Below are positions 9,179-17,674 of a stretch of 33,592 nucleotides of DNA, in pieces. Under the pieces are notes generated by a model. The model ran no database searches, was not told the origin of the DNA, and saw nothing but the letters and a program-made list of their open reading frames with translations. Source of the stretch: a virus (lineage: Duplodnaviria > Caudoviricetes). How positions within the stretch are numbered: position 1 is the stretch's first letter; the number at the start of each line of letters is the position of its first letter. The stretch is taken from the IMG/VR virus record IMGVR_UViG_3300032143_000008, positions 1-33,592 of that record. One strand, given 5' to 3'. Both the position numbers and the translations under genes were made by a program.

Positions 9179-9516
9179 AACCATTCCTTTTGTAGCCAAA
9201 CATTATCCCCAATCTTATCGTATTGTTCTTCATCATAAGGATATCCATGACCACCTTCATGATATGTATATACATAGGTATGCTTCTCTGATAAATCATA
9301 CAATTCTGAATATTCATCTCTCCCATCGCTAACAAACTCTGTCAGGTAAACATGATCACATAATCCAAAAGATTGTTTAGTTTCTTTCCACAATCTCATT
9401 TTCTGTTCTTCATCTAGTTCTACATATTCAACTCCATCTGGAATTAATTCTTTTGAATTGAAAATTATAAAAGAACTAGAACTACTATTACTCACATAAC
9501 CATTTCGAATTTTCAT
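9175..9516 (-). CDS. MKIRNGYVSNSSSSSF-leader protein
   Basis: AAGGAG RBS; shared leader; acidic body. Confidence 0.8.
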   Translation of the reverse strand: MKIRNGYVSNSSSSSFIIFNSKELIPDGVEYVELDEEQKMRLWKETKQSFGLCDHVYLTEFVSDGRDEYSELYDLSEKHTYVYTYHEGGHGYPYDEEQYDKIGDNVWLQKEWL

Positions 9517-9553
9517 ATTTAACTCCTTAACGAATTTTAAGCAACTATTTTCA

Positions 9554-10651
9554 TTATTTCAAAATAAAATCTTCTTTTGGATTAATTTCAGGAAAAATTA
9601 AACATTTTCTACAACCACTTTTATAACAAGAAGATAATGATAATTTTCTATATGCATTTAACTTATTAGAAAACCAAACATCTTTAATAAAATTATCACA
9701 ATTTAAAACTGATATACCTTCTTGCCATTCTCCTTCTCCAGCCGCAAAAGAACAAGGAAAATAATTTCCAAAAACATCAATATAAGAAGAAAATAATCCA
9801 AAACTTTCACAGCTTTCACTCATTTGAATATATTCTTTTTTATTTTCATCTGTTAATAATTTAGACTTATCGATTGCATATTCATAGTCTGGTGCCGTAC
9901 AGCTATCAAATCCGAATCTAATACGATTTGAAATACAATATTCTACTAGTTTTTCATAATCATCGACTGACATGTTTGAAAAATTATTTTGAATAGCTCT
10001 ACCTTTTGGTTTCAATTTTAATAAAACAACAGCATTAAGATTTTTTAATCTATCATCATTTTGAATATCATTCAAAACTTCATATACAAAATTTTCATTT
10101 TCTTTAGAACACATTAAATGTATATTTGTTTGTTTAATACCTAAATCCGTAAATTTTTTAACAGTATTATAACAAATATTTTTATTTGTTTCATATGCCG
10201 ATACAGCGACAGCACCGATGTATTTAACAATTTCATTAGCTAATTCATCTGTTAAATCTATTCCAGATAATGTAAAATTTGGAATAATTTCTTGCTCTCT
10301 AGTATATTTTAAAATTTTTATAAAATCTGTATTAGTCTGTACTCCAGTAATTCCTAACGCCACTTGCGTAAGAACTCTTGGCATTTTGCTTAATATAGTT
10401 TTATAAGTTTCAAATGACATATTAGTAGCTTTATCATTTGTATTACCTTTATAACAGAATTTACAATTATTCGGACAACCATTAACTGACAATTCCAAAT
10501 CGAGAATTTCAGGTCCTATAGGAGAAAACTGAGGATCATCATCCAAAGTTTTCCCCCATCTGGCAAAGTATCCGGTTTTTTTATCGAAGTTGTAATTGTA
10601 ATCTTCTGATCTGATCATCTTAACTTTAGCGTTCTCAATCAATTTGTACAT
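9554..10651 (-). CDS. radical SAM enzyme with SPASM/twitch-like C-terminal domain
   Basis: CPNNCKFC (CxxxCxxC); C-terminal SCES...YIDVFGNYFPCSF...CYKSGCRKC. Confidence 0.9.
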   Translation of the reverse strand: MYKLIENAKVKMIRSEDYNYNFDKKTGYFARWGKTLDDDPQFSPIGPEILDLELSVNGCPNNCKFCYKGNTNDKATNMSFETYKTILSKMPRVLTQVALGITGVQTNTDFIKILKYTREQEIIPNFTLSGIDLTDELANEIVKYIGAVAVSAYETNKNICYNTVKKFTDLGIKQTNIHLMCSKENENFVYEVLNDIQNDDRLKNLNAVVLLKLKPKGRAIQNNFSNMSVDDYEKLVEYCISNRIRFGFDSCTAPDYEYAIDKSKLLTDENKKEYIQMSESCESFGLFSSYIDVFGNYFPCSFAAGEGEWQEGISVLNCDNFIKDVWFSNKLNAYRKLSLSSCYKSGCRKCLIFPEINPKEDFILK

Positions 10652-10664
10652 GATAAACCTTTCA

Positions 10665-11222
10665 TTAGTTAATTAATATTTCAATATCCTTTGGTTTCAT
10701 AATAATTTCTTTAAGAGAAACTTTATCAATCGTAACAGTATTAATACCTGTATTTCCTAGAAAGAAAATTAATCTAGCATTAGTATCAGTAGGACTAGTC
10801 ATAAAAAAATCAAAGGTACAACTATCAGTACTGATAAATGGATTAGTTGCAAATGTATGTTTGCCTGAATAACAAGTATATGGAGAATCTTGATGTTCTA
10901 GTTGTATTGATAATTTTTGAACATCTGTTGCTTTAGAGACAAAAGTTACTCTATAGCGTTTACATTGTTCTAATTTAATTCCTTTTTGATATAATTGAAT
11001 ATGCCAATCAGCTTCTCCATCATTTTGAATATTAATTTGTTCATCTCCAGATACAGATTGAAAAGTTGCTCTTGCGGTTGGGTTTACCCAACTTAACCAA
11101 CTATTCATATTATTTTTAAAATCATTATTCAATATCAATTCTGGTCCATAAGATTCTTCAAGAACTGGATTTATTATTATTTTTGTTCCCTCATTAGATT
11201 GTATCATTTGAATATTATTCAT
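10665..11222 (-). CDS. stand-alone carbohydrate-binding module (CBM4/9-like)
   Basis: ELILNNDF...W, WHIQLYQKGIKLE...YRVTF, ARLIFFLG...VTIDKVSL pattern of CenC-type CBMs. Confidence 0.7.
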   Translation of the reverse strand: MNNIQMIQSNEGTKIIINPVLEESYGPELILNNDFKNNMNSWLSWVNPTARATFQSVSGDEQINIQNDGEADWHIQLYQKGIKLEQCKRYRVTFVSKATDVQKLSIQLEHQDSPYTCYSGKHTFATNPFISTDSCTFDFFMTSPTDTNARLIFFLGNTGINTVTIDKVSLKEIIMKPKDIEILIN

Positions 11223-11242
11223 ATCTCTCCTTGATTAATTGT

Positions 11243-11470
11243 TTAAAGATATCCTAAGTATTTATCTTTAAACCATTTTAAACCATCTTCAAATTCTGTT
11301 TTTTGTCCTACAAACACTTCATATTTTAATTCTATTTTAGACCCAGTAAAACTAATAGTATCTATATCCATATAACTATCAGATTTTGAATCAAAAATTT
11401 GAACTTCAACATTCATTCCCTCTTTATCCATAATTGCATTAAGCTCAGATATTAATTGATAAATTTTCAT
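11243..11470 (-). CDS. hypothetical phage protein
   Basis: ORF track, AAGGAG RBS. Confidence 0.7.
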   Translation of the reverse strand: MKIYQLISELNAIMDKEGMNVEVQIFDSKSDSYMDIDTISFTGSKIELKYEVFVGQKTEFEDGLKWFKDKYLGYL

Positions 11471-11494
11471 CCTATCTCCTTATTAATTTATATT

Positions 11495-11523
11495 AAAATA
11501 TATTATGGCACAATTCATGTCAA
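11495..11523 (-). promoter_or_regulatory. sigma70-type promoter TTGACA-N17-TATTTT
   Basis: Perfect -35, CCAT in spacer as in the sibling promoters. Confidence 0.65.
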
Positions 11524-11540
11524 GATTTTTATTTAAAAAC

Positions 11541-11645
11541 TATAAATACTTATAAGATTATGAAGGACAGCGATTGATCCTCGTTTCTTTGCCAATTCAA
11601 AGATTACTTCAAAATCTCTTACTTTAACCTAATTGGAGGTATCTT
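11541..11645 (+). ncRNA. TATAAATA late-type promoter plus three-way-junction leader RNA, copy A
   Basis: TATAAATA 11541-48; P1 11555-65/11607-17; GACAG 11566-70; hairpin 11571-83; TT; hairpin TCTTTG-CCAATT-CAAAGA; TTA; loop CCAATT is complementary to AATTGG 11631-36 overlapping the GGAGGT RBS. Confidence 0.75.
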
Positions 11646-12602
11646 ATGCCTAAAAGATTAACCACAGAAGAATTTATTCAAAAAGCTAAACAAGTACACA
11701 GTGATAAATATGATTACTCTAAAGTCCATTATATTAATAGTAACAATAAAATTATTATAATATGTCCTGAACATGGAGAATTTTTACAAAACCCAAACGA
11801 TCATTTAAATAAACATGGATGTTCTAAATGTATGGCAAATAATAATAATTTAAAATTTAAAAAATCTATACATATTTTTTTACATAAAGCAACAAACATA
11901 CACAATAATAAATATAATTATTCTAAAGTAGAATATATCAATACTCATACTAAAGTTTGTATCATATGTCCTGAACATGGAGAATTTTTACAAACACCAC
12001 ATTCTCATTTGAATAATCATGGTTGTCCAAAATGTTCTCATAAAAAGGTTGGCACATTACATATTTTAGATTCAAATATTTTTATAAAAAATTGTATAAA
12101 ATCTCATAATAATTTTTATGATTATTCTAAAACCAATTATATTAATATGAGAAATGATATAATTGTTATTTGTACTAAACATGGAGAATTTAAAATAAAT
12201 GCACACTCTCACAAAAATGGTCAAGGTTGCCCAAAATGTATACCTAAAAAATCAAAAGGCGAACTTCAAATAGAAACATGGTTAAATAAAAACAATATAT
12301 ATTTTATACCACAAAAAACATTTTCAAATTGTAAAAATAAAAGAATATTACCATTTGATTTTTATTTGCCAAATTATAATATTTGTATAGAATATGATGG
12401 ACTTCAACATTTTATTCCAATTAAATATTTTGGAGGAGAACAAGAATTTCAAAGAACACAATTACACGATCATATTAAAAATCAATATTGTCAAAATAAT
12501 AATATTAAATTGATTAGAATAATATATAATCAAAATATTAATTTTATACTTTTAAATTATTTTAAATCGTGTTCTAACATACCCATTAAAAATTTCATAT
12601 AA
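11646..12602 (+). CDS. free-standing homing-type endonuclease: 3 DUF723-like Zn repeats plus PD-(D/E)xK (Vsr/DUF559-like) domain
   Basis: Three YDYSK..Y.N...KV.IICPEHGEF.Q....H....GCPKC repeats; SKGE..I..WL, PFDFYLP, CIEYDGLQHF, KNQYC..NNIKLIRI. Confidence 0.8.
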   Translation: MPKRLTTEEFIQKAKQVHSDKYDYSKVHYINSNNKIIIICPEHGEFLQNPNDHLNKHGCSKCMANNNNLKFKKSIHIFLHKATNIHNNKYNYSKVEYINTHTKVCIICPEHGEFLQTPHSHLNNHGCPKCSHKKVGTLHILDSNIFIKNCIKSHNNFYDYSKTNYINMRNDIIVICTKHGEFKINAHSHKNGQGCPKCIPKKSKGELQIETWLNKNNIYFIPQKTFSNCKNKRILPFDFYLPNYNICIEYDGLQHFIPIKYFGGEQEFQRTQLHDHIKNQYCQNNNIKLIRIIYNQNINFILLNYFKSCSNIPIKNFI

Positions 12603-13738
12603 TTTAAATCTTCACACATACTTTTTGATAAATTATCAGAAATTTTAGCAACAGGTTTTCCGTTTACCTCTACAATCTTAATCACATTCTGTAAAGCAGG
12701 AACTCCTAGATCATTGGTCAAATTAGTCCCGATTCCATAACTTAATTTAATTCTTCCTTTAAAATATTCATTTAACTTAATAGCCATAGGAACGTCTAGT
12801 CCATCACTAAACACTAATGTTTTAGTCATAGGATCAATATCAAAGTTTTTATAATGCTCAATCATTCTATCGCCCCAAACAACAGGATCACCACTATCAT
12901 GTCTCACACCATCATACAATCGTGCAAAACCTATATTAAAATCCTTTAAAAACTTATTAAATCCTAACGTATCAGTCAAAGCAATACAAAGTCTGCCTTG
13001 ATATTCATCATACCATTTTTGTAATAGAAACTTTTGACTATCAATAGGATGAACTATTGCTTGACAAATTTGAAATATCTCATGTGCCATTGTACCAACC
13101 GCAGGAATATCATACTTCATAGCATAATAAAGATTACTAGTCCCTTTGATACATCTATCTTCTATTTTCTTACCGACTAGTTTTTCAATAACAAATTCAT
13201 GCCAAGCATCATTAAATGCTCTTCTAGTTCCAAAATCTACAATATTTAAAATTCCTTGATAGTTTTTAATCATTTCTTTCTTTTCATATAGTCTTATGAT
13301 TCCATCATTCCAAATATCATTTAACTCCATTATATTCGAATAGGTTATATTAGTATAAACTTCATGCACAATTTTAAGAACATAAATTTCAAACATTAAT
13401 GTTTGAAGCAATGGTCCTTGAATTGTGATATCCATCTTACCATCTTTTTGCGAAACAGTAATATATTTCCTTTTAAGCTGATAGTCTTCTAGGAAATCTA
13501 TAAAGTCAGGTTTAAAAAAAGGATAGTTTGATAAGTAATTTAATTCATCTTTAGTAAATTTTAAACTACAAAGATGATCAAGTTCCTTATTAATCATAGG
13601 AATACAAGGAATAAGATCAACATCTTTATTACGACATTTGAAACGATATGTCGCAGTAGCATCCGAAAAATGATGAAGGACTAGTTGTAACATAGATAGC
13701 TTATAAAGATCATTCTTCATTAAAGTATCAACTATCAT
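12557..13738 (-). CDS. pncB: nicotinate phosphoribosyltransferase
   Basis: NDLYKLSM, DFGTRR, GTSN, GTMAHE, LTDT, GVRHDSGDP, VFSDGLD, GIGTNLTND, VAKISD. Confidence 0.95.
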   Translation of the reverse strand: MIVDTLMKNDLYKLSMLQLVLHHFSDATATYRFKCRNKDVDLIPCIPMINKELDHLCSLKFTKDELNYLSNYPFFKPDFIDFLEDYQLKRKYITVSQKDGKMDITIQGPLLQTLMFEIYVLKIVHEVYTNITYSNIMELNDIWNDGIIRLYEKKEMIKNYQGILNIVDFGTRRAFNDAWHEFVIEKLVGKKIEDRCIKGTSNLYYAMKYDIPAVGTMAHEIFQICQAIVHPIDSQKFLLQKWYDEYQGRLCIALTDTLGFNKFLKDFNIGFARLYDGVRHDSGDPVVWGDRMIEHYKNFDIDPMTKTLVFSDGLDVPMAIKLNEYFKGRIKLSYGIGTNLTNDLGVPALQNVIKIVEVNGKPVAKISDNLSKSMCEDLNYMKFLMGMLEHDLK

Positions 13739-13739
13739 T

Positions 13740-14135
13740 TCAACCTACCTTTATATATTTTGTAGTTTTAAAATATTGTCCATAGGTATTACTATCATCA
13801 AAATGAAAATTTATTTTATTTCGTTCACAATACTCTGCTTTAGCTTTATTCCAAACATCATCTGCAAAAAAAGGATTCTTAGAATCTTTCCAAATAACTG
13901 CTTCCCCTTTTTCTAAAAGATAATCAGTAACAGAAAAATGATGTGTATAATAAATATTAATAATATTTAAAAATTTTTCAATTTCTAAATTCCAACTAGA
14001 CCCCGTTATGATGTGAATTTGATTATCGTTTCCTCTAAAATATGAAGAATTCCCTATTATAGAATATGTTAAAAAAGAAAAAACTTCTGGATAACGATCC
14101 ACGACACCATGAATATCAATACCAATTTTTATCAC
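13740..14135 (-). CDS. HAD-superfamily protein (5'-nucleotidase-like)
   Basis: IGIDIHGVVD motif I-like, KAEYC, HFDDS motif IV. Confidence 0.65.
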   Translation of the reverse strand: MIKIGIDIHGVVDRYPEVFSFLTYSIIGNSSYFRGNDNQIHIITGSSWNLEIEKFLNIINIYYTHHFSVTDYLLEKGEAVIWKDSKNPFFADDVWNKAKAEYCERNKINFHFDDSNTYGQYFKTTKYIKVG

Positions 14136-14169
14136 ACTATATCCTTTATTAATTTCTAAATAATATATA

Positions 14170-14751
14170 TTATGGAATATAAGTTGTCAAGTTATTATTT
14201 AAAAATATTCTAAGAATTAAACTAGTTTTAATATCCATTTTAGAAATTCCTCTATTCACATTGTTCAACAAATCAACTACTCCTCCTTTTCCAAGTATAT
14301 GTATTTCAATATCTTCGGAAGATTCGTGTTGATTTTTAGAAACTTCTCCTTCGACTAGTCCACATACAATTGCAGTTTGTTCTGTACTAATTCCTGCTGA
14401 ATTATATCCAAAAGGAATAATTGAAGTAATGTATTTAAGCGTTAAACCTGTTTCCTCATTAAATTCTCTTTTAGCAGTTTGATCTTTGGTTTCATTATCA
14501 TCCATAAGTCCTGCGGGTAATTCCCAAATATAATCATTCAAAGGAATCCTGAATTGTTTAATTAAAACTATTTTATCCATTTCAGGACCATAATGATCTT
14601 GTATAACTCCTGCTATAGCTATTGCATTAACTTGTTTAGGTCTTTCCATAAATGTCCAGAATTTAGTTTCTCCCTTATTGTCAACATATTCACTAGCCTT
14701 CATCTCCAGAAATTTAGTCTTCAATAATGTTTCTGTCTGAATAACTTTCAC
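14170..14751 (-). CDS. NUDIX hydrolase, ADP-ribose pyrophosphatase-like
   Basis: KQFRIP...WELPAGLMDDNETKDQTAKREFNEETG Nudix box; NSAG; EDIE. Confidence 0.85.
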   Translation of the reverse strand: MKVIQTETLLKTKFLEMKASEYVDNKGETKFWTFMERPKQVNAIAIAGVIQDHYGPEMDKIVLIKQFRIPLNDYIWELPAGLMDDNETKDQTAKREFNEETGLTLKYITSIIPFGYNSAGISTEQTAIVCGLVEGEVSKNQHESSEDIEIHILGKGGVVDLLNNVNRGISKMDIKTSLILRIFLNNNLTTYIP

Positions 14752-14798
14752 AATTTACTCCTCTTCAACTTGATTTAATTCATTGCTATATGTTTTGC

Positions 14799-14944
14799 TC
14801 ATTTATATAAACCTTTTGTTTGAATATATTTCCATACTCTTTCATTTAAAAATATCTGAGCAGTATTAACTTTATCTTCTTTAATCCAATTTCTAATTTC
14901 ATATGAATAGGATCAAACGATCCTCCATAAATTCCTATTCTCAT
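14799..14944 (-). pseudogene. nadD: internally deleted nicotinate-nucleotide adenylyltransferase remnant
   Basis: ATG 14944 gives MRIGIYGGSFDPIH (NadD N-terminus, HxGH truncated) joined out of frame to EIRNWIKEDK...LNERVWKYIQTKGLYK-stop (NadD C-terminal pattern). Confidence 0.8.
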
Positions 14945-15168
14945 TTTTTTCCACAATCTATTAATTCTTTTTTCATTTTCTCAAAAAATACTTTATCAAG
15001 CTCTATTATTTTTCGTTGATGTTTTATAATTTCTTCATCCTTATCCATTATTTCTTTAGCAATTTCCATTTCTCTATTAAGAATTTCAATTTGCTTTGTT
15101 TGATTCTCTATCAATTCCATCAAAGTTTGATATTCATTAACAGGCATTGTAATAGTTTCTTGTTCCAT
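14941..15168 (-). CDS. small coiled-coil hypothetical protein
   Basis: ORF track, AAAGGAG RBS, ATGA overlap with the nadD remnant. Confidence 0.65.
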   Translation of the reverse strand: MEQETITMPVNEYQTLMELIENQTKQIEILNREMEIAKEIMDKDEEIIKHQRKIIELDKVFFEKMKKELIDCGKK

Positions 15169-15186
15169 ATTATCTCCTTTTCAATA

Positions 15187-15215
15187 AATATAATTTATGG
15201 TCATATAAAAGTCAA
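15187..15215 (-). promoter_or_regulatory. sigma70-type promoter TTGACT-N17-TATATT
   Basis: Nearly identical to the promoter at 3067-3095. Confidence 0.75.
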
Positions 15216-15223
15216 GTAAAAAC

Positions 15224-15326
15224 TATAAATACTTACATAGAGAGACAGCGATCTTCGAAGTCGTTTCTTTTGCCTAACCAAAAGATTATCTCTATTTAAC
15301 TTCAATCCTGTTAGGAGGTAACTTAA
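15224..15326 (+). ncRNA. TATAAATA promoter plus three-way-junction leader RNA, copy B
   Basis: P1 ATAGAGA 15237-43/TCTCTAT 15289-95; GACAG; CGA..TCG hairpin; TT; TCTTTTG-CCTAAC-CAAAAGA; TTA; loop CCTAAC is complementary to GTTAGG 15310-15 overlapping the AGGAGG RBS. Confidence 0.75.
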
Positions 15327-16073
15327 ATGTCTAAAAAACTTACTACCGAAGAATTTATTCAAAATGCTAAACAAATACATAATGATAAATATAATTATTC
15401 AAAAGTTAATTATAATGGTAATAAAACAAAAGTATGTATAATATGTCCTGAACATGGAGAATTTTATCAATCTCCTAATAATCACCTTAAACCACATGGT
15501 TGTTCAAAATGTTTTAAACATAATAAAAAACAAAAACAATTAGAAATAAAAACCAAAACTTGTATTAAATGTAATATCGAAAAAGATATAAATTTATTTC
15601 GTAAATACCGAAATATCTGCCAAGAATGTAATCTATTATATCATCAAACATATAATCAAGATCATAAAGAAAAAATATTAAAAATACAAAAAAATTATTA
15701 TTGGAATAAATATAAAACCGATCCACTTTATAAAATATCAAAGACCCTTAAAAGGCGAATATTATTAGCCGTGAAACAACAAAAAACTTCCAAAGCTTTT
15801 AAGTCAATAGAATTATTAGGATGTTCTATACCAGAATTATTAAATCATTTACAACAAACGGCAATTAAAAATGGTTATATTAATTTTGATATTAATAATT
15901 ATTCTAGTATAGAATATCATATCGATCACATATTACCATGTGCCCATTTTAATTTAAAAAGTCCAGAAGAACAAAAGAAATGTTTCAACTGGACTAATTT
16001 ACAAATCTTATCTGCTCAAGAAAATATAATAAAAAATGATAACATTAATTGGAAAAAAGATTTGATCTATTAA
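15327..16073 (+). CDS. homing-type endonuclease: one DUF723-like repeat, CxxC pairs, C-terminal HNH domain
   Basis: Same N-terminal repeat as the other four; CIKC..CQEC; YHIDHILPC...CFNWTNLQILSAQEN. Confidence 0.8.
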   Translation: MSKKLTTEEFIQNAKQIHNDKYNYSKVNYNGNKTKVCIICPEHGEFYQSPNNHLKPHGCSKCFKHNKKQKQLEIKTKTCIKCNIEKDINLFRKYRNICQECNLLYHQTYNQDHKEKILKIQKNYYWNKYKTDPLYKISKTLKRRILLAVKQQKTSKAFKSIELLGCSIPELLNHLQQTAIKNGYINFDINNYSSIEYHIDHILPCAHFNLKSPEEQKKCFNWTNLQILSAQENIIKNDNINWKKDLIY

Positions 16074-16965
16074 TATTATGCGGCCAATCTCTTTTAAAAT
16101 GTGTTCGTTCATAACGCAGGACAACAGGATGATTTTTATATTGTTCTCTAATTTTAATAAAATCTTCATAATTTTCGACTCGTCCCGCATATCTAAGATA
16201 ATCATCATATGTAAATTTATCACTATCATCAGTCAACCAAGTCTTTAATATCATATCAACTTCACTATAATTTTTTGCTTGAAGTTGTGCCACATCCGAT
16301 ACTGTAATCCCAAGTCCATCTGTTGCCACCCCGTTAATGCAAAGGTTTAAAGCTTCTGCTTTGTTATCATATGCTTTTCCATTTATGTATTGACTTGCCA
16401 TATAAATCGAAAGACTATAAACTTCAGTTTTCCATAAATTCTGTATCATTGCAAAATCTCCAATATCACCAGCCAAGGTCCAAAAACCTAGAAACCGTTC
16501 ACTGAGATTATCTGTCGAAAGAACCATGCCTTTATACTTCTGAGCAAGGTTATAAAGATAAACCATTCTAGTCCTTGCTTTAACATTTCCCAATCGAATC
16601 TTATCTTCAAGAGTTAGAGTACTATTAATCGTTTCATTTTCACCAATAGCAAGCTGTGCAATCATACCTCGATACATATTTCCAAGATCGACTTCTTGAA
16701 AATCATCACAGAAAGCACGACCGACTTTTTGTGCTCTTTCAATTTCTTCGGGCTTATTGGTTTCAATAGTCAAACTTCTTCCAATAAGTTTAATCCCAAG
16801 ATTTTTACAAACAGGATAAACCAAGGCTGCACAAAGAGCCGAATCAATTCCACCACTAACTCCAAGGACTAGCGATTTAATATTGCTATTCCTTATATAA
16901 CAAGTCAACTCATTTTGAATGTTTTGGATAACAGTATCCCAATTTTTTGTCTCATACGCATTCAT
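16045..16965 (-). CDS. nadE: NH3-dependent NAD+ synthetase
   Basis: LGVSGGIDSAL, GNVKARTRM, STDNLSE, GFWTLAGD, LWKTEVY; no glutaminase domain; ATG 16965 follows AGGAGG. Confidence 0.92.
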   Translation of the reverse strand: MNAYETKNWDTVIQNIQNELTCYIRNSNIKSLVLGVSGGIDSALCAALVYPVCKNLGIKLIGRSLTIETNKPEEIERAQKVGRAFCDDFQEVDLGNMYRGMIAQLAIGENETINSTLTLEDKIRLGNVKARTRMVYLYNLAQKYKGMVLSTDNLSERFLGFWTLAGDIGDFAMIQNLWKTEVYSLSIYMASQYINGKAYDNKAEALNLCINGVATDGLGITVSDVAQLQAKNYSEVDMILKTWLTDDSDKFTYDDYLRYAGRVENYEDFIKIREQYKNHPVVLRYERTHFKRDWPHNINRSNLFSN

Positions 16966-17158
16966 TTTCAACCTCCTGTAATATGTTTTTATTACACCGT
17001 TTACACAAATTCAATGATTTATAATAAGGAACATATAGTCGATTGCATTTTATACAATGGACTTTTTTAAAAGAATAATTTGGTTGTGTATCAATTTGCT
17101 TCTTTGCTTTTTCTGCTTTTTCATCAAGACGTTTTAGAATTTCATCAAGCTTTGCCAT
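16952..17158 (-). CDS. small Zn-ribbon protein
   Basis: CIKC and CKRC; start at ATG 17158 after AAAGGAG. Confidence 0.65.
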   Translation of the reverse strand: MAKLDEILKRLDEKAEKAKKQIDTQPNYSFKKVHCIKCNRLYVPYYKSLNLCKRCNKNILQEVENECV

Positions 17159-17182
17159 ATCATCTCCTTTAAATATAGGAAT

Positions 17183-17211
17183 AATATAATACATGGCAAA
17201 TTAAAAGTCAA
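17183..17211 (-). promoter_or_regulatory. sigma70-type promoter TTGACT-N17-TATATT
   Basis: Same motif with CCAT in the spacer; heads the nadE unit. Confidence 0.75.
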
Positions 17212-17213
17212 AT

Positions 17214-17519
17214 TTATTTTTCAATATTTTGAATATGCTCTTTAAATATTCTCTTAACTTCTTCCCAAATCTTGAGTTGCTGCTTTCTAGTTGTAGCTAT
17301 TTTTATTGTAGGTTCTTTTGTATTATCTATTTTCATTTGAATGAAACGTAATACTTGTTTAAGGTCTAATACATTATTAACTAATTTTCGAATCAACGAG
17401 GATAGTTCCCTTTGATCTGGTCCTTTTGTAAGGTTTCTATTAAATATAATAAGTTCTTGAATTAATTCTTTAACATTTTCTTTATTATCTTCTTCTTTTT
17501 CACGTTTAGATTTTTTCAT
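17214..17519 (-). CDS. hypothetical protein
   Basis: ORF track. Confidence 0.6.
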   Translation of the reverse strand: MKKSKREKEEDNKENVKELIQELIIFNRNLTKGPDQRELSSLIRKLVNNVLDLKQVLRFIQMKIDNTKEPTIKIATTRKQQLKIWEEVKRIFKEHIQNIEK

Positions 17520-17673
17520 TTTCTATTTCTTTTAGAATATTTCTTTTAGCATCTTGACGTACTTTCTTTTTAGAATTAATCCATTCTTCTGCTTCCCACC
17601 AATTAATTAAAGGTTTCTTAGGATGATAATCTGGATGATTACTAGTTATCTTCTTTCTACCATAGGCGATCAT
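17506..17673 (-). CDS. small hypothetical protein (55 aa, MIAYGRKK...NWWE)
   Basis: Manual ORF filling the gap. Confidence 0.6.
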   Translation of the reverse strand: MIAYGRKKITSNHPDYHPKKPLINWWEAEEWINSKKKVRQDAKRNILKEIENEKI

Positions 17674-17674
17674 T

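Noticed and set aside
6355-10406. Short plus-strand ORFs in the track (6355, 7155, 7456, 8771, 9150, 10218)
   Set aside because: They are antisense to well-supported minus-strand genes and show no recognisable motif.
11555-11617. Three-way junction as a hammerhead or other known ribozyme
   Set aside because: It has no CUGAnGA/GAAA core and does not match the twister, pistol or HDV-like consensus as I recall them; self-cleavage remains untested.
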